Origin: Stylophora pistillata
Lineage: Eukaryota
Direction: 5' to 3'
DNA length: 64,000 nucleotides
NCBI RefSeq assembly: GCF_002571385.2
Contig: NW_019218113.1
Coordinates: 286,395 to 350,394 of the forward strand
Shown here one piece after another: positions 1-13,535 of the stretch. Every line of letters starts with the position of its first letter. The stretch's first letter is position 1. The position numbers and the translations under genes were made by a program. The notes beneath the pieces are model-generated. The model was given only the letters and a program-made list of their open reading frames with translations, did not search any database and was not told the origin of the DNA.

Positions 1-421
1 CGCTTTACTAGTCCTCGCTTTACTAGTCCTCGCTTTACTAGTCCTCGCTTTACTAGTCCTCGCTTTACTAGTCCTCGCTTTACTAGTCCTCGCTTTACTA
101 GTCCTCGCTTTACTAGTCCTCGCTTTACTAGTCCTCGCTTTACTAGTCCTCGCTTTACTAGTCCTCGCTTTACTAGTCCTAGCTTTACTAGTCCTCGCTT
201 TACTAGTCCTCGCTTTACTAGTCCTCGCTTTACGAGTCCGCGCTTTACGAGTCCGCGCTTTACGAGTCCGCGCTTTACTAGTCCGCGCTTTACTAGTCCG
301 CGCTTTACTAGTCCGCGCTTTACTAGTCCGTGCTTCACTAGTCCGCGCTTTACTAGTCCGCGCTTTACCAGTCTGCGCTTTACTAGTCCAGTCCAGTCCA
401 GTCCACGAAATACCATATGCC
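1..421. repeat. 15-bp tandem minisatellite (CGCTTTACTAGTCCT/G), ~26 copies, probably a subterminal array of a DNA transposon ending at ...ATACCATATGCC
   Basis: Exact 15-bp periodicity from base 1. The CCT variant switches to CCG at ~240, then decays to (GTCCA)n at ~385-405. Confidence 0.9.
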
Positions 422-604
422 TTCGATTTCTTGGCGCTTGGAATGCATTTCTTGGCTTCATCTTGAATGAAGTTGAATTCTAAAAAAATATTTAAGTCGA
501 CTTTCTTGCATATTTTCAATCTTTAGTCAGAAATTTTTACTTTCTAATTTTTGAGCTAACAAATTTGACACCCCTTTCGTTCACCCGAGACGCAACTTGT
601 CTAA

Positions 605-1452
605 GGCCCAGTTCAGACGCCGTACCTCAGCCGTACCGAATCCAATTCAACTTTAGGCCGACTTAAATTAGTTAATCCTGGCTGAATTGATTCAGACGCC
701 AACTTATTTCGGCCGAAATTAACTGAAGTAAATTTGTGGCAGGGGCCGGCGCAGTGTTATAAAGAACTGACGAGAGTTATTTGAATGGCATGGTCGTTGT
801 AAGGAAGTTTTAAGTATTTTATTTGGTCACTTCTCTATAGAAGTACCTAAATAAAGTGCGGCAGTTAATCGGTAAGTGTTTCGGCGCGACCAAACATATT
901 TCCTTGAAATGTTTAATTCCCATATACAATAAATGTTCAATTTTTCGAGAAAACAAAGATTACCATGCTGTCGCTTTTTTTTTGGTGAGCGATACACAAA
1001 AGAGGCAGGAAAGGACGTTGCTGATGCAGAGGACAACGAAATCATGGCCAAAGAACCAACAGAGCGAAGAATCAGTCACTTCAAAAGGCGTAGAATGGGG
1101 CGCCCATTCAATATCTGTCAGCATCATTTAACTCAGCCCGCCAAGCCGCCATTTTTCCTCTGCAACATTACGCATCTCTCCATTACGCATGCTAATATGT
1201 AAAAACCACCATGAAAAATACATTATAATAATTTCAATAATTTGTGCATTTGATTCGGCTCATGTGGAGCACGGCGTCTGAATCAAAGCCGGTCTACAGC
1301 CGTTCTTCCCGGCTGAGTCTGGCGGGATTAATCGACCGAGCCGATCTAAATTAAATTAGCCGTTCCGAATAGATTCAGACGCCGTACTTCACGTGAACTT
1401 AATACGTTGAATTCGATTCGGCTAGGTTGAAGTATGGCGTCTGAACCGGGCC
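605..1452. mobile_element. Non-autonomous PIF/Harbinger-like MITE
   Basis: Imperfect TIR GGCCCAGTTCAGACGCC... / ...GGCGTCTGAACCGGGCC, flanked by 3-bp TAA (602-604) and TGA (1453-1455). The TTCAGACGCC motif recurs internally. Confidence 0.75.
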
Positions 1453-3249
1453 TGAGAATAGTTTTAAATGTAGCTGTTTTGGGTTGTGTGATTTGCGGGT
1501 GCTGGGATTTAGAAAATTACGAGATCGCTTCAGAAAATACAAAGGAATACATTTATTAACATTACTAATAGGTGAAAGCATAGTGTTTTTAAAAATGGAA
1601 GTCATCCTGAAGTTTTATATGAGATCCACTGTTTCACGCCGGTGTGAATCGAATGTAGATTACATTTATAATTTCACGGCCTCAGAGCACAAAATTCAAA
1701 ACCGCAAATCATACAACATTTAAAGGACAACCAAGTCCTTATCAGGCAAACAAAAGCCAAGGGTTAGGTTGTTCAGCATTTGCGATAAGGACAACCTGGA
1801 TATTTTTTCCGATTGGACATGCGGCGCAATCTTGCTGAAGCGTTGTTGTTGGTGGCGACGAAGACAGCAGTCATCGAATACTCGAACGTATCTTTTAAAG
1901 CCTTTAATTTAGCCAAATTTGTTCCAACTTCGAAAACTGTGGAGTACTGAAATATTGCATTCGGAAGAAATTCATTATAAAGTAAGAAAAAAAGACCGCT
2001 TCACTTACCTAGTTCACCATCCACGCGTGGGTTTGACAACGCACGACGTCGTAAGCTAATATCGCGTTTTCATCGACTTGATGTTTTCTCCTCGTTTCTG
2101 AATTCCATTGGTCCCGACTATTACTCGCTCCTTTTTTTCCTTCTTTTTTTTCTTGAATGGGATTCGTCGTAGCTTCTTCGTTTCCGACTTCTCGCGATTA
2201 TAATCGATTTCTTACACTTTTTTTTTGGGTTAACAATTCTTTCCCTGTCATGTCGACCACCACAAAATGTATACTTAAGTGTGGCCTTACAGGTATGACG
2301 TCATCATTTGTGGTATATGAAGTATTTTTCCAATTTTTTTGCACTTACATAGGTGTCTTCGTGTTAAAGCACTTGACAACAAAAACAAGTTGAATTGATA
2401 ATGTGAGTAATACACTTCATTTATGGAGGGTAGCACTAAATAGCTGGAGGCTATTTAGCTCCATTAAAATTACTCATTGCTAAACAAACGCACACAAATC
2501 ATGTTCCCTTGGCCTCTAAATTCAGTTGCTATGGGAGGTAATTTTCATTAGTTATACCTTTTTGTGAGCGTGGACACTATTCTAGGAGGATTTAAGGGCA
2601 GCTTTGACGACCAATGAGTAAACGTTTCTATCTGCATTCTGCTAAACTATGTTCTGTGCCTCCAACCTTTAATCGCAACTTGGTGCAAGCTACCCTGGGT
2701 GCCAGAGGGTTTTTTGTGGCTTGAACACTCACCGTTAGCGGTTTCGCTGCTAAAAAAAAAACAAACAAACAAACAAACAAACCAAAATAAAAAACCCTCC
2801 GACACCCAGGGTACGCACAAGCCTGAACAAAACCTGAATGGACAATTCAGTCTACAATCCCACTTCAATTGTCTGCGATTGGCCAATAAAATCTGTGCTA
2901 CATACCACCAGCTAACTGCCTGAATTTGATGCCTTTGGCACATAATTTATGGGAAGCTCTGGCACCCACCACCAACATACTACATACTTGTATCTGACTC
3001 GCCTACTTGGCACTTCCAAGGGGAGAAACAGCCAGTGCAATGTCAGTTTGGAGATTTTTAACACAATACATACAGGTAGATTTTTACTCTAAGAGTTTCT
3101 TGGGGTAGAAACCTAGCTTTGTTTTGAAAGTCTACTTTAGTAGACGTGTCCATGTATTCTTACTCCTGAAGAATACTTCTTCAAAATTTATCTAGAATTT
3201 ACAGTATAACATGATTCATTCTGTTATACGTGTACCTTTTAATTAGCTC

Positions 3250-3522
3250 TTAATAATAACAACAATATTTATAGAGGATATCACCAGTAACACTAAGTTA
3301 ATTAGGGTGGTCCTCTATCTGCACCCACCCATCCCATTCCAGGGGAGGGCATCCATCACACAGTATACTCGTGCATGGGAAATTAACGTCTCCTACCCCT
3401 GACCCTGCAGGAGACGGGACCTCCATTTATTCGTCCCTGTCTGAGGAGACTAGAATATCTAAACCATCTCTTGATGTTATAGAAAGGTTAAGCATATTCT
3501 CCTCATTTTTTTTAAGACCAGT
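3250..3522 (-). mobile_element. 5'-truncated SINE body and tail
   Basis: Homologous, in inverted orientation, to 35122-35272. Ends in a TTA/TTG-rich tail. Its 5' end (GGTCTTAAAA on minus) resembles the sequence following the tRNA-like head at 29281. Confidence 0.6.
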
Positions 3523-3890
3523 ATTTACCTTAGTTTGTGTTTCTTTAGTGCACATATATACCGCTCGTTTTCAATCAGAAAAAAAAATGGTATGCATGTT
3601 CAGTGGCCCACATGCACATGTACGCACAATTAAAAAAGAAATTTATTTGTGAACATAATTGTTTGGTGTTTGTGCACACATTCACTCAAGTCTATGTTAG
3701 GCAAAAAGTTCCAATTAAGAGGACAAAAAGTAAGTTAAATTCCTTTGCACTGTTTCTTAAATGTATATCCCCAAATGGTATAATTTCGGACACATTGCTA
3801 CAATTGTTAGGAATTAATACTGATTTGCCAGGGTTAAATTGTGACCCTATCCAAAAACAGATTCTTCTTGTGAAAAATTGGCATACTTAC

Positions 3891-6800
3891 AAGCTACGTT
3901 GACTTGCATTGAATGGTTCAATGTATTTCCAAATCCATTGCTGGCTGTACAGCAATATGTTCCATTCATGGTCCTTTTAATGTTTCCTATTATCCAAGGG
4001 TTTCCAACAAACATTACATCACCATTACTCCCATCATTCAACACTCTTGTCCAAGTAATACTGGCAGTTGGTTTACCAGTTGTGTTACAGAACAAAGTAA
4101 GACTGGAGTTCTCAATCATAGTTTTGTCCCCACTGTAACCAATAAACTGGGTGTGCTCTAATAATGGAACAGAGAGACAGGACATGCTCAGTGACATTAC
4201 TGTTCACCATATGTACAAGTATCATCATCTAGGTCTGGACTTCTGGAGATGAAAAGGAAGAAGTAAACCATCGGAATGATAAGCCCACAACAGATACAAA
4301 GTACAGTCTCACACTGTACTTTTCAATGCCTTAATGGATAAAAAGTGAGATAAATGAATGCAATCACTGAGGTCAAAACTAAAAATAATTAAGTTATAAG
4401 TTCATGTTGGTGTATTAGAGAACATTGCAAATATGGTCTGAGCAATTTGTTTGTTGAGCATCAATTTAAAGGACTTATGAAGAAAATTTGCAGAAGTAAA
4501 AGTCAGCCACCTGCTGGCAATCGTCTGTAAATTCTGTTCTTCCACAGTTTCTCATTGCTATTGTGGACCTTGCCATACCATGACTACCCTGTGGTCACAA
4601 TTTCATTTTAACTATGGCTGTGATGTACATTTACATGCACAAGTAACTTGACTGATAAATTATTCAAGTTTAATAATGAGAATTGGTGATAGCTGTATTG
4701 GATACCATAAAAAAATTAATAGTCACAAAATCCTTAGACTTCCATGGGCACAACATCAACAGGTGTACAAAATCCATGGCGTTATCATTGCTCGCATGAT
4801 CCTGGCAAGTTCAGCTAAATTTTGATTTGTGTTTGTGGAATTCACAAGAGAAATAATAAGCAAAAGTAATAAACATTTGGCAAATGAGGAAAAACATATT
4901 GCGTACCTATTAAGGTCATTCAAAGTTATATAACTGTAAGGTATACTACAGTGAATTCACTGTTATGTATGAGAGCCAAATAATCGGTTTTTAAAAAATA
5001 TGGCAGTGTGTTGCTAAGAGTATTCAAATTACTAGGCATTATGTTCAAGAAAACAATTATGTTTATAAATTCCAAAACCAGATATAGCAAAGAAGTCTAT
5101 CCAATACACGAGCACTGTAGTTGGAACAGGCTTGGCAATGAAGAGAGAATGAACAGCTTGTTGATTAATTCAGTAATTCTCATGTTTTAATTTATGAGTA
5201 TTTAATGTAGCTACAATCTTCACTTTCTTGTAATAATAGTTTTAATTACATGTATGACTGCAATTACCTTTTACTTTTTACTTCTTAGACTTCACTTAGA
5301 CACAACCAGAACAGCAATGCTGTTATTTCACTGTGTGTATATGTTGTAGTTCAATTTTATACTTGGTTCAAATCTTATTTTCCTTTGTTCTCTGTCATGT
5401 TAATGTATGATAATGAGTTTGAAACAAAGGAAAAAAAAATTTGAACCAAGGATAAAATTGAACTACTACATATATAAATGCTTTTATTATTAAAACTATT
5501 ATTATTACAGTACCACTAGAAACCATAGGGGCGTTTTCAGAGAGTATGCACGTAGTGCACTTTTGTTGCCCATGCAGAGAACAAATGGTACATTCATTTG
5601 ATAAGCAGGTCAATAAACAGGTAACTAGCTGATGTGGACCTACCAGACCTATCAAAAAATAAATTTAAAAAACAATATGTAGATTGTACCTAAAGTTAAA
5701 ATGAAAAGTTAGAACCAATAATAAAACCTTATGTCCTTAACAATTTCCTTTACTGATTTTAATTTTCTATTAAAAGCTTTAGGTTTCCCTGGTTTTCTGA
5801 CACTGATAAATAAATTTCATGCTACATGTATAGCAGCTCTATGGGTGAAAGGTATCTGACCATTAACCTAAGTTTGAGGTCATTCTACAAATACATGAAA
5901 ATATTTCCTAGGAGTGCTATGATTTACATGATTCCGAAATACTGAACTATTAGTTACCTCTATGTCCACATTATAAATCAACGTAATGAGCACTAATGAA
6001 AATAGAAAGACTTGAGAGGCATCCACTTGGCATGTACCAGCATTTAAATTTGTAACATTAAGATTACCAAGTAAGTAATTTGTGGATTAGTCTCCATCCT
6101 TTAAGATGGATTTGACATGCAATGGTTTGTCCAGACAAACTGAAAAATTTCGAGTGTGACAAAATACAGGAAAAAAATTAAAAAGATTCACTATAACTTG
6201 AAAAATTTAGTTATTTACCCTAATTCACAAAATTTCAGGTAAATTCATCTTGGGTCCCCAAGTCAGAGGGTCACACCAATTCCCCTCACCAGTATCTTGG
6301 ATGAAAATTACAGGACTCAAATATCATTACGCAAAAAGGAAAAAAAAAATGGCACATAACTCAAATCATAAACATGCTTGGAACTTAAGAGTATCAAATG
6401 GTTTTATCTTGAGTTCACTGTACTTTCAATTTTTTTTCTATATTTCTTAGTGTGCACAACAAAGATTACTAGTCACATCCCTCCATCACTTATTTACTTA
6501 CTACTCTTGTTCGCCAGTAGTTCTTTCAAGCGTTCCATTTGCAATCTGTTAGAGCAGTTAAATTCTAACAGGCATGGAATCTCTATTCCAATGCACTGCT
6601 GCTTACAATGTCATTTGTGACCTATCACTTCATCACCGATTTCTCCTTAATGTGCAAGAAAATACCACACCATTTAGAGAACTTGCAAGGCAAATGGCTG
6701 ATTGCTTTGTTGCCCTTCGCTACTTTTACAGTGTGTTTGTCCATGGGGTAATCAAACTTTTTTTTGAGGTGATTAACTTATTAATGTTGCTGCAAATATA

Positions 6801-9200
6801 CAACAGATTCTGTCAAGTTTATTATGAACATCAGCGAACAAACTACCAAATTTTTTTAATGCATGAGTTAAATAGTTTTTTGCATTTTTTTTTCCAAAGT
6901 CTTGCTTGAAAGTTGGGGGTGTGGCTTGTATACAAGTACAGCTTGTACAAAAGTTCTTACGGTAATCAAGTTTCACAATAATATATGTGTCACCAACTAT
7001 TAATAAGACAGGATACTCGGTGTTCCTGCTTTCTTCTGCTATAATTTGAGTTTTTAGTAAGTGCAGAAATCTCAAATAAAACACAATTCTAAGATCAACA
7101 CTCACCATATATGACTACACTTATTGTATCATCCCAAATCCTTACATTAGTGATCACTGAGCATGTGAATTTTGCTCCATCAGCATCTGTTTTGTTGTAG
7201 ATTATCAAGGTGGCAGGATCCCTGGCACTGATGTCAAATTGTCCTTGAAAGGCAGGAAATATTGTAACAACTTCAGACTTATATTTGTTCCCTATATTAG
7301 TATTTCCTATTCTCCAAGACACAAGAGAACGTGATTCATCAGATAAGGTGAAGTCCCATTCCAAACGCAACTCTAGAGATCTGACATCTAATTCTTTGAC
7401 TGTTGTTCGAGTTGAGGTGTCTCCAATGGCAAGTGGACCACGTTGTGGAGAAGGAAGAGTCCATATGATGGTGGCATCTAAAGCACATCAAAAATGAGTT
7501 AATAACCAGTTAATAAAAAACTATATAGAAGATATTACATGGCCATGTGGGGATACAAATTTTATCTTAAGTTATCTTCAATTACACAGTTTTTCGTGTA
7601 ATTGAAGATATGACTTTGTATCTTTTATCCTATGGTTTATGAAAGACTTCCATCAATCAATCAAGTGCTGTATCTCATTCATGTGTGAGCGAAGCGAACT
7701 CGTGAGAGATACTTTAAGCGCAAGAATATAAAATTTATATCCCCTAGCGGCCATGTAATGCTCTGTTTATTTAATAGATCCTGATGAAATTTCCATATAA
7801 AACAACTTTTTTTAAAATTCATTTTGAAATCAGCAAAATAGTGCAATTTAAGTGGTCACATATCACAAAATGCCTGTCACAAAAGTGATAAAGTAAATGG
7901 TGTCTGATCTTTTCGTCCCAGTCTTTTTGTCCAAAAGTATTTTCGTCCAAGTCTTTTCGTTCAAAAGTATTTTCACCTAAGTCTGTTCGTTTACTTGTGA
8001 AGTCTTTTCTCAAAGCAAATAAATAACTTTTAGAAGTTCTAAAAAATTACTTTTAATAACTTTTTAATAACTTTTTAATAACTTTTATCTATAGGAAGAA
8101 CTTGTTGAGAGCCGCTGCCATTTTGGTACCGATACCTTTAGTCACCAATTTTCGTTTACGAATTCAACGTCATGAATTTTACGATAAATACACAGAGAAT
8201 GAATGAAGTTGTTACACAATATACTTTATCAAATAGTGGCAAAAGTAAAGACTTGCTTGCCATTTAATTATTTCATGCAAAAGAAATGGGAATATTAGGC
8301 TTGTTGTTGTTAAGTGTCTATTGAGCGTAAAAGGGCAACGAAGTGTAACATCACTACATGAATGGCTCGCAGCAAGTTCAATCTTCCTATAGCCTTATCT
8401 AGCGTTGTAAAAGTTATTTGTTTGCTTCGAGAAAAAACTTAACAAGTAAACGAACAGACTTAGGTGAAAATGCTTTTAGACGAAAAGACTTGGACGAAAA
8501 GACTTTTGGACGAAAAGACTTGGACGAAAAGACTTCTGGATGCAAAGACCATAATTCAAGTAAATACGGAATAAAGTCCAAGTGTTAAGTGAGTGTTTTG
8601 GTAAAATTGCGTCCAACACATCGTTCAATCCAGAAAGAACTGATCATCAAAATCCTAGAAATTCCAATCAGTCTAGTAAGCAGCTGTGCTGATGACACAA
8701 TATTCCATGTTGTCTTAATTAATTTGACGCTTCGATATCAGCCAAATGATAGTTGATCGATCAAATTCAGCAATCAAAGTATTGCTGAAAAAATTTTATC
8801 CTCGGCGCCACAATCAAACATACGCTTGCACTTCGGTGGAATCTTTAAAATACCAACCTCATATTTCTATATTTTCTTACGTTCACAAATTCATCGCACT
8901 TGACGCGGACTTAAACAGTTGCAGTGATAGTGAACCGCACCCAAGTCACTCTTCCTTGCATGTTGCTATTAAGTTTTGCGAGCATTATGCAACCACACAA
9001 ACTGTGCGGCAGTTCACAGAAAGAAGTTTGAGCTGCGAACGGAAGCTGTTGAAAATAGGATGACTCGCCAATTCACAGAACCTTCCCTTCTCAAACAGCA
9101 CCAAGGTTAGTTTAATTAAGAAAAGGTACTTGCCAAATTTTTGGACAAGATGCAGAACCAAGACGGGCAGGGAATACCGTAGAACTGAGAACGACTCCAT
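3891..9200 (-). CDS. RTK paralog A, partial: signal peptide exon 9200-9134, V-type Ig exon 7477-7106, I-type Ig exon 4157-3891; remainder probably beyond the left edge
   Basis: The Ig exons are open, phase 1-1, and identical in length (372 and 267 nt) to exons 2-3 of copy B, with ~70% aa identity. The putative first exon MESFSVLRYSLPVLVLHLVQKF uses a G|GCAAGT donor and is less certain. Confidence 0.8.
5344..5470. repeat. Short imperfect palindromic repeat
   Basis: TGTAGTTCAATTTTATACTTGGTTCAAAT... is mirrored by ...ATTTGAACCAAGGATAAAATTGAACTACTACA. Confidence 0.65.
7524..7770. mobile_element. Short palindromic non-autonomous element
   Basis: Inverted arms ATTACATGGCCATGTGGGGATACAAATTTTAT / ATAAAATTTATATCCCCTAGCGGCCATGTAAT. 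Confidence 0.55.
7899..8557. mobile_element. Long-TIR MITE (MuDR/foldback-like) with 8-bp TSD
   Basis: ~145-bp inverted arms built from TCTTTTCGTCCAAG / CTTGGACGAAAAGA subrepeats. The direct repeat AAGTAAAT flanks it at 7891-7898 and 8558-8565. Confidence 0.75.
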
Positions 9201-9899
9201 TACTTCTATTCATTCAATGGAAAAATTCTGATTATCCACCAGCAGCCCAAGCGTACTGATTGTGCTTTTGGAGTTTCAAGTTCATTAACTAGCCTAAAGG
9301 GCAAGCGTAATTTGGCCATGTGCTCAAAATGTAGCCGCCATCTTTGATTTTAATGGCAGCGAAAGGCTGGGAGAGAGAAAGAAATTTGCACCAAGGGGGT
9401 GAGTGACAGTCAAAAACAGGGAGAGGGGCTTACCTTTCTCTCTTTCTCCCTTGCATTTCTTTGTGAGGCGTGTGCACGTGGTGCTACCTGTAAAATGAAA
9501 AAAGAAAGACAAAAGCTGGTCACTTCAACCGGTCCCGAACACCAACCGTCGTCACTCGAAAGCCGATAAATTCCACAAAAGTCGACTGATCTCCCTCACA
9601 TTTCCACCCACGAGAGCGCTTTGCTAATACCTACCCGTTTGAGCGACAAAAGTTTCCCAATTCCGCTGCATCGATCGAAGAGACGCTCCGTTTTACCACC
9701 CATTTTGGCTAAATCACTTTGTAATGACAGGTAGTCCATTTGGCCTCACTACGGAGTTCAAATATCAAAGCGCATTACCAAATAAATGACTCTCCAAGGA
9801 ATCGATAGGAAGGTTGTTAAGTTTGCCCTGTTGCCAAAAAAACCGTCCGAGGAGTCGTACGTGTAATTCGACCGAATGTGCTTCGATTTTTACTGCGTA

Positions 9900-11025
9900 G
9901 AGCAGCGTAGCGAGCGAGCTCGAGCAGCATCATAATCAGGATATCGATTGGAAAAAGGGATGCAAATTCTGTAATACATGACTTTTTACCAGAATGCATT
10001 GCAGCTTTTAACCAGAGCGCATTAAAGCTTTTAACCAGAGTGCACTGCGCCACAATTTGGGGCATTTCCTACATGTACTTAATCGTGTACTTTTCTAAGC
10101 TAATTAATTAATCACGAGTATTGTATGGTGAAGCTACTATCTTGATCACTGAGTGAAGGACTGCATTAATTAAATGAATAAATGAATGAATTAAAGCAAT
10201 GAAAAGAGTCACTTGATCAACAAACACTACCTTGCGTAAGTTGACACGCCGGTAGGCCGGAAAAGCAAAAGGGGTGTTGATAGGCCTGTGTGACTCCTTC
10301 CATTCGCTAGCGCTTTTAAATTTTGTGCTCTAAAAGTTAAGCTTTCATCAATATATCTCTCACTGACTTTCCTTGTAGATGTAATAATAATGGTTTTTAA
10401 GATGTAATTTCCCCAACCGTATGTTATTGAGGTTTGGCAAAGACGGACGAGATTGTGTTACAAAAGGCATTATTTTTCATCTGTGCGCGCATTTTTTTCT
10501 CTGTTTTTAATATTCTTTCTCTACTGCAGAAAGTAACTTCAGATATATGTTTCTCAATGTAAGTCTTGGAGCACGCAGGTAGATGAGTCACTGCGTAAAT
10601 GATGTCACTATCAACAGAATGTGCCGCAGCATTACTATCGTTTAGATTCTCTAGTTCGATATCATTGCTAGCGAGCGTAGCTAGCGAGCAGTATCATAAT
10701 CAGGATTGGAAAAGAATAGAGGGGACGCGAATTCTCGAACTCATCACTTTTTTTCAGAATGCATTGTAGCTTTTAACCAGAGTGCACGATCGTTGTGTTT
10801 AATGTTTTGCGTTACATAGCGTTACTACTGTTGGGACATTTCCTTTATGTACTCAGAGTTAATAGAAAGAACTATTAACTCTGGTGTACTCAATCGTGTT
10901 GTAAATCTACTTTCCTAAATAAAGGCAAATTAACCAATCTCAAGTATTGTATGGTCAGTCCACTATCTTGATTACTGAATGGAGAACAGTCGAATTAGAG
11001 AAATGAAAGGAGTCACTTGATCAAT
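9900..11025. repeat. Diverged direct duplication (~9900-10222 vs ~10670-11025)
   Basis: Shared blocks such as CATAATCAGGAT, AGAATGCATTG.AGCTTTTAACCAGAG and GAGTCACTTGATCAA. Confidence 0.7.
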
Positions 11026-11036
11026 GAATCATGAAC

Positions 11037-11200
11037 GGGTGACCCTAAAGGCCAGAACGGTGGAATGCCGGAATGCTGGAATGCCGGAATGCCGGAATGC
11101 CGGAATGCCGGAATGCCGGAATGCCGGAAAATGAACCCAAATCCTAAAACCCGGAACGCCGAAAAATGACCCCAAATCCTAAGACATGGAACGAATGACA
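11037..11200 (+). mobile_element. Terminus of a GGGTG-ended DNA transposon with (GGAATGCC)n subterminal array
   Basis: GGGTGACCCTAAAGG followed by ~8 copies of GGAATGCC. Confidence 0.55.
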
Positions 11201-11868
11201 GGGCATGTTGCACAAATTCTGTATAAAGACAGTCAAGCGCTTGGCTTATTCATTCCCACGACGATAACGCGCGTGACCAAACTTAGACTGGCGTGAGAGG
11301 AAGAGAGGTTTGCATGGGGTCATGCGCGTGGGAATTTCTCATGGCGTGAGAAGACATAAGAAAGTTATCAGAAGGAGGCCGCCAAGTATGGTTGGTCATT
11401 TGTTTGAAAATCATGACACGATATATGTGCGGTTTTTTCCCACGCATACTTGCAATTATTCCTACTACACGATATACGAGCGTTTTTTTGCCACGGATAC
11501 TTGCGTTTTATTCCCAAGTATATAACCATTTTCTTACAAACATGCATATATATGCGCACAAAAAAGCCCATATGTATGCCTTACGAACAAACGTTTGTAT
11601 ATGGGGTTATAGCGGGCCATCATATAAAAGGTATCGAATTATACCGTTAGCAATAAACCTACTTCATGTACGATAGGAGAACCGGAAAGTAACTTCAGTT
11701 CGAATCAAGCATGGCCGCCATGGTCGTCTTAATTTCGATCAAGGTTTGGTTCTTACTCATTGTCTTCGCGGTAGTGGTAGTTGTTAGTTCCCAACAACGG
11801 ATTTGTTGGAATCCGTGGACTGTCTGTAGAGAGACTGTGAACTTTACTATCCAAATGCTGACCGAAAC

Positions 11869-12662
11869 ATGGAAGAAAACTTAATTTTTCGCCTTCAGGT
11901 TACGATCGATTCAGTTCTTGGATTGCTCGATTCCTTGGCTCGAGGTGAGGCACGAAATACTGAGAGAATTCGGGTTCTTAAAAGCCTGATATTACAGCTA
12001 CGGACCTTATTAGGCAGGTGGGAGTTGCTAGCAATTGTAGCTACATCGTGCACGTCTATTCACCCTATCCGAGGGTTCCCAACAGTTTCTCCTGGAAGTG
12101 GAGGAGCCGGCCGACCTCGGTATGAAATTTCTTTACCTCAGTCGGTGTATCTCCGGAATATAATGCAATTTACCTGGCCTCAAATAGCGGGAGTTTTATT
12201 GGTTTCTAGAACCACTCTTTGGCGTAGAGTTCAGAATCTTGAGTCATTCTCTAACCGTTATACCACCATCTCAGATGCGGAGTTAGATGAATTAATTAGA
12301 GAGATAAGGAGAGGCTTTCCAAACTCGGGAATTAGCATGATGCTGGGACACCTGCGTAGCAGAAATTTTTTTGTCCAACGTCAGCGTGTTAGATCAAGTT
12401 TGGTTCGAATTGATCCTGTTGGTCGGTGTTTGAGATGGTTTAAATGACCATCGGAAGGCGTGTTTATAGTGTCAGAGGACCCAATTCTCTTTGGCACATT
12501 GATGGACTGCATTGCCTCATCCGTTGGAGGTTTGTGATCCATGGGGGGATTGACGGTTTTTCAAGGCTCATAGTTTATTTCAGTTGTTCAACAAACAATG
12601 CATGCGCTTTTCGTAGCAGCAGTGGAAAGAAATGGATGGCCTTCTAAGGTACGATCAGACAA
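11869..12662 (+). pseudogene. Degenerate DDE integrase-type transposase (IS3/IS481-like, IS3EU type)
   Basis: HTH-like segment (WPQIAGVLLVSRTTLWRR), then ISDAELDELIREI..FPNSG..MMLGHL and, after a frameshift at ~12444, [35 protein letters not shown] second shift gives GWPSKVRSD. Truncated before the assembly gap. Confidence 0.8.
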
Positions 12663-13349
12663 ATCCAAGAACTGAATCGATCGTAACCTGAAGTCGTACA
12701 ATTAAGTTTTCTGCCATGTTTCGGTCAGCATTTGGAAAGTAACGTTCACAGTCTCTCAACAGACAGTCCANNNNNNNNNNNNNNNNNNNNNNNNNNNNNN
12801 NNNNNNNNNNNNNNNNNNNNNNNNNNNNNNNNNNNNNNNNNNNNNNNNNNNNNNNNNNNNNNNNNNNNNNNNNNNNNNNNNNNNNNNNNNNNNNNNNNNN
12901 NNNNNNNNNNNNNNNNNNNNNNNNNNNNNNNNNNNNNNNNNNNNNNNNNNNNNNNNNNNNNNNNNNNNNNNNNNNNNNNNNNNNNNNNNNNNNNNNNNNN
13001 NNNNNNNNNNNNNNNNNNNNNNNNNNNNNNNNNNNNNNNNNNNNNNNNNNNNNNNNNNNNNNNNNNNNNNNNNNNNNNNNNNNNNNNNNNNNNNNNNNNN
13101 NNNNNNNNNNNAGCTAGTTAAGTCAGTAAAAAATTAGAACTAATGTTGAAATTTCTGGCGAACCTGAATTTTATTTTCGTTACTCGTTTCTTTATAAAGC
13201 TTCAAACCTTACCTCTTGCTTTATACGAGAGTCATTCAACTTAAGAACTTAGACGATGGATCCATCGAGCGATCGATCGGCCGCAGCAATGGTTTTGGGC
13301 ATGGGTAAATTTGTATTATTAAACCTCTTTGTCCTGTACTCTACTCGTG

Positions 13350-13535
13350 TACAGTCGAAGCTCTCTTATTTAAGCGGACACCCTTGAGGGGCGAAAAAAG
13401 TGGCCGTAAAAAGTGCCGAAAAAAGTGTCCGCTCACAAGAATGGGAAAATACAGAGTTTGTATGGGAGTTTAATAAAGCGGGGTTTTGACTAGGTGGCTG
13501 TAAGTAGAGCTGTCCACTTACGAGAGTGTCCGTTA
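13350..13535 (+). mobile_element. Truncated Tc1/mariner-like MITE
   Basis: TA|CAGTCGAAGCTCTC..TAAGCGGACAC start with an inverted GTGTCCG motif downstream; the right end is missing. Confidence 0.45.

Noticed and set aside
1-400. CRISPR array or telomere
   Set aside because: Head-to-tail units have no unique spacers, the unit is not a TTAGGG-type repeat, and the context is eukaryotic with no cas genes.
9433-9690. Two exon-like minus-strand segments (MQRNWETFVAQT; STTCTRLTKKCKGEREK) as the start of RTK-A
   Set aside because: No hydrophobic signal peptide; the 9200-9134 exon fits better. They could still be UTR exons.
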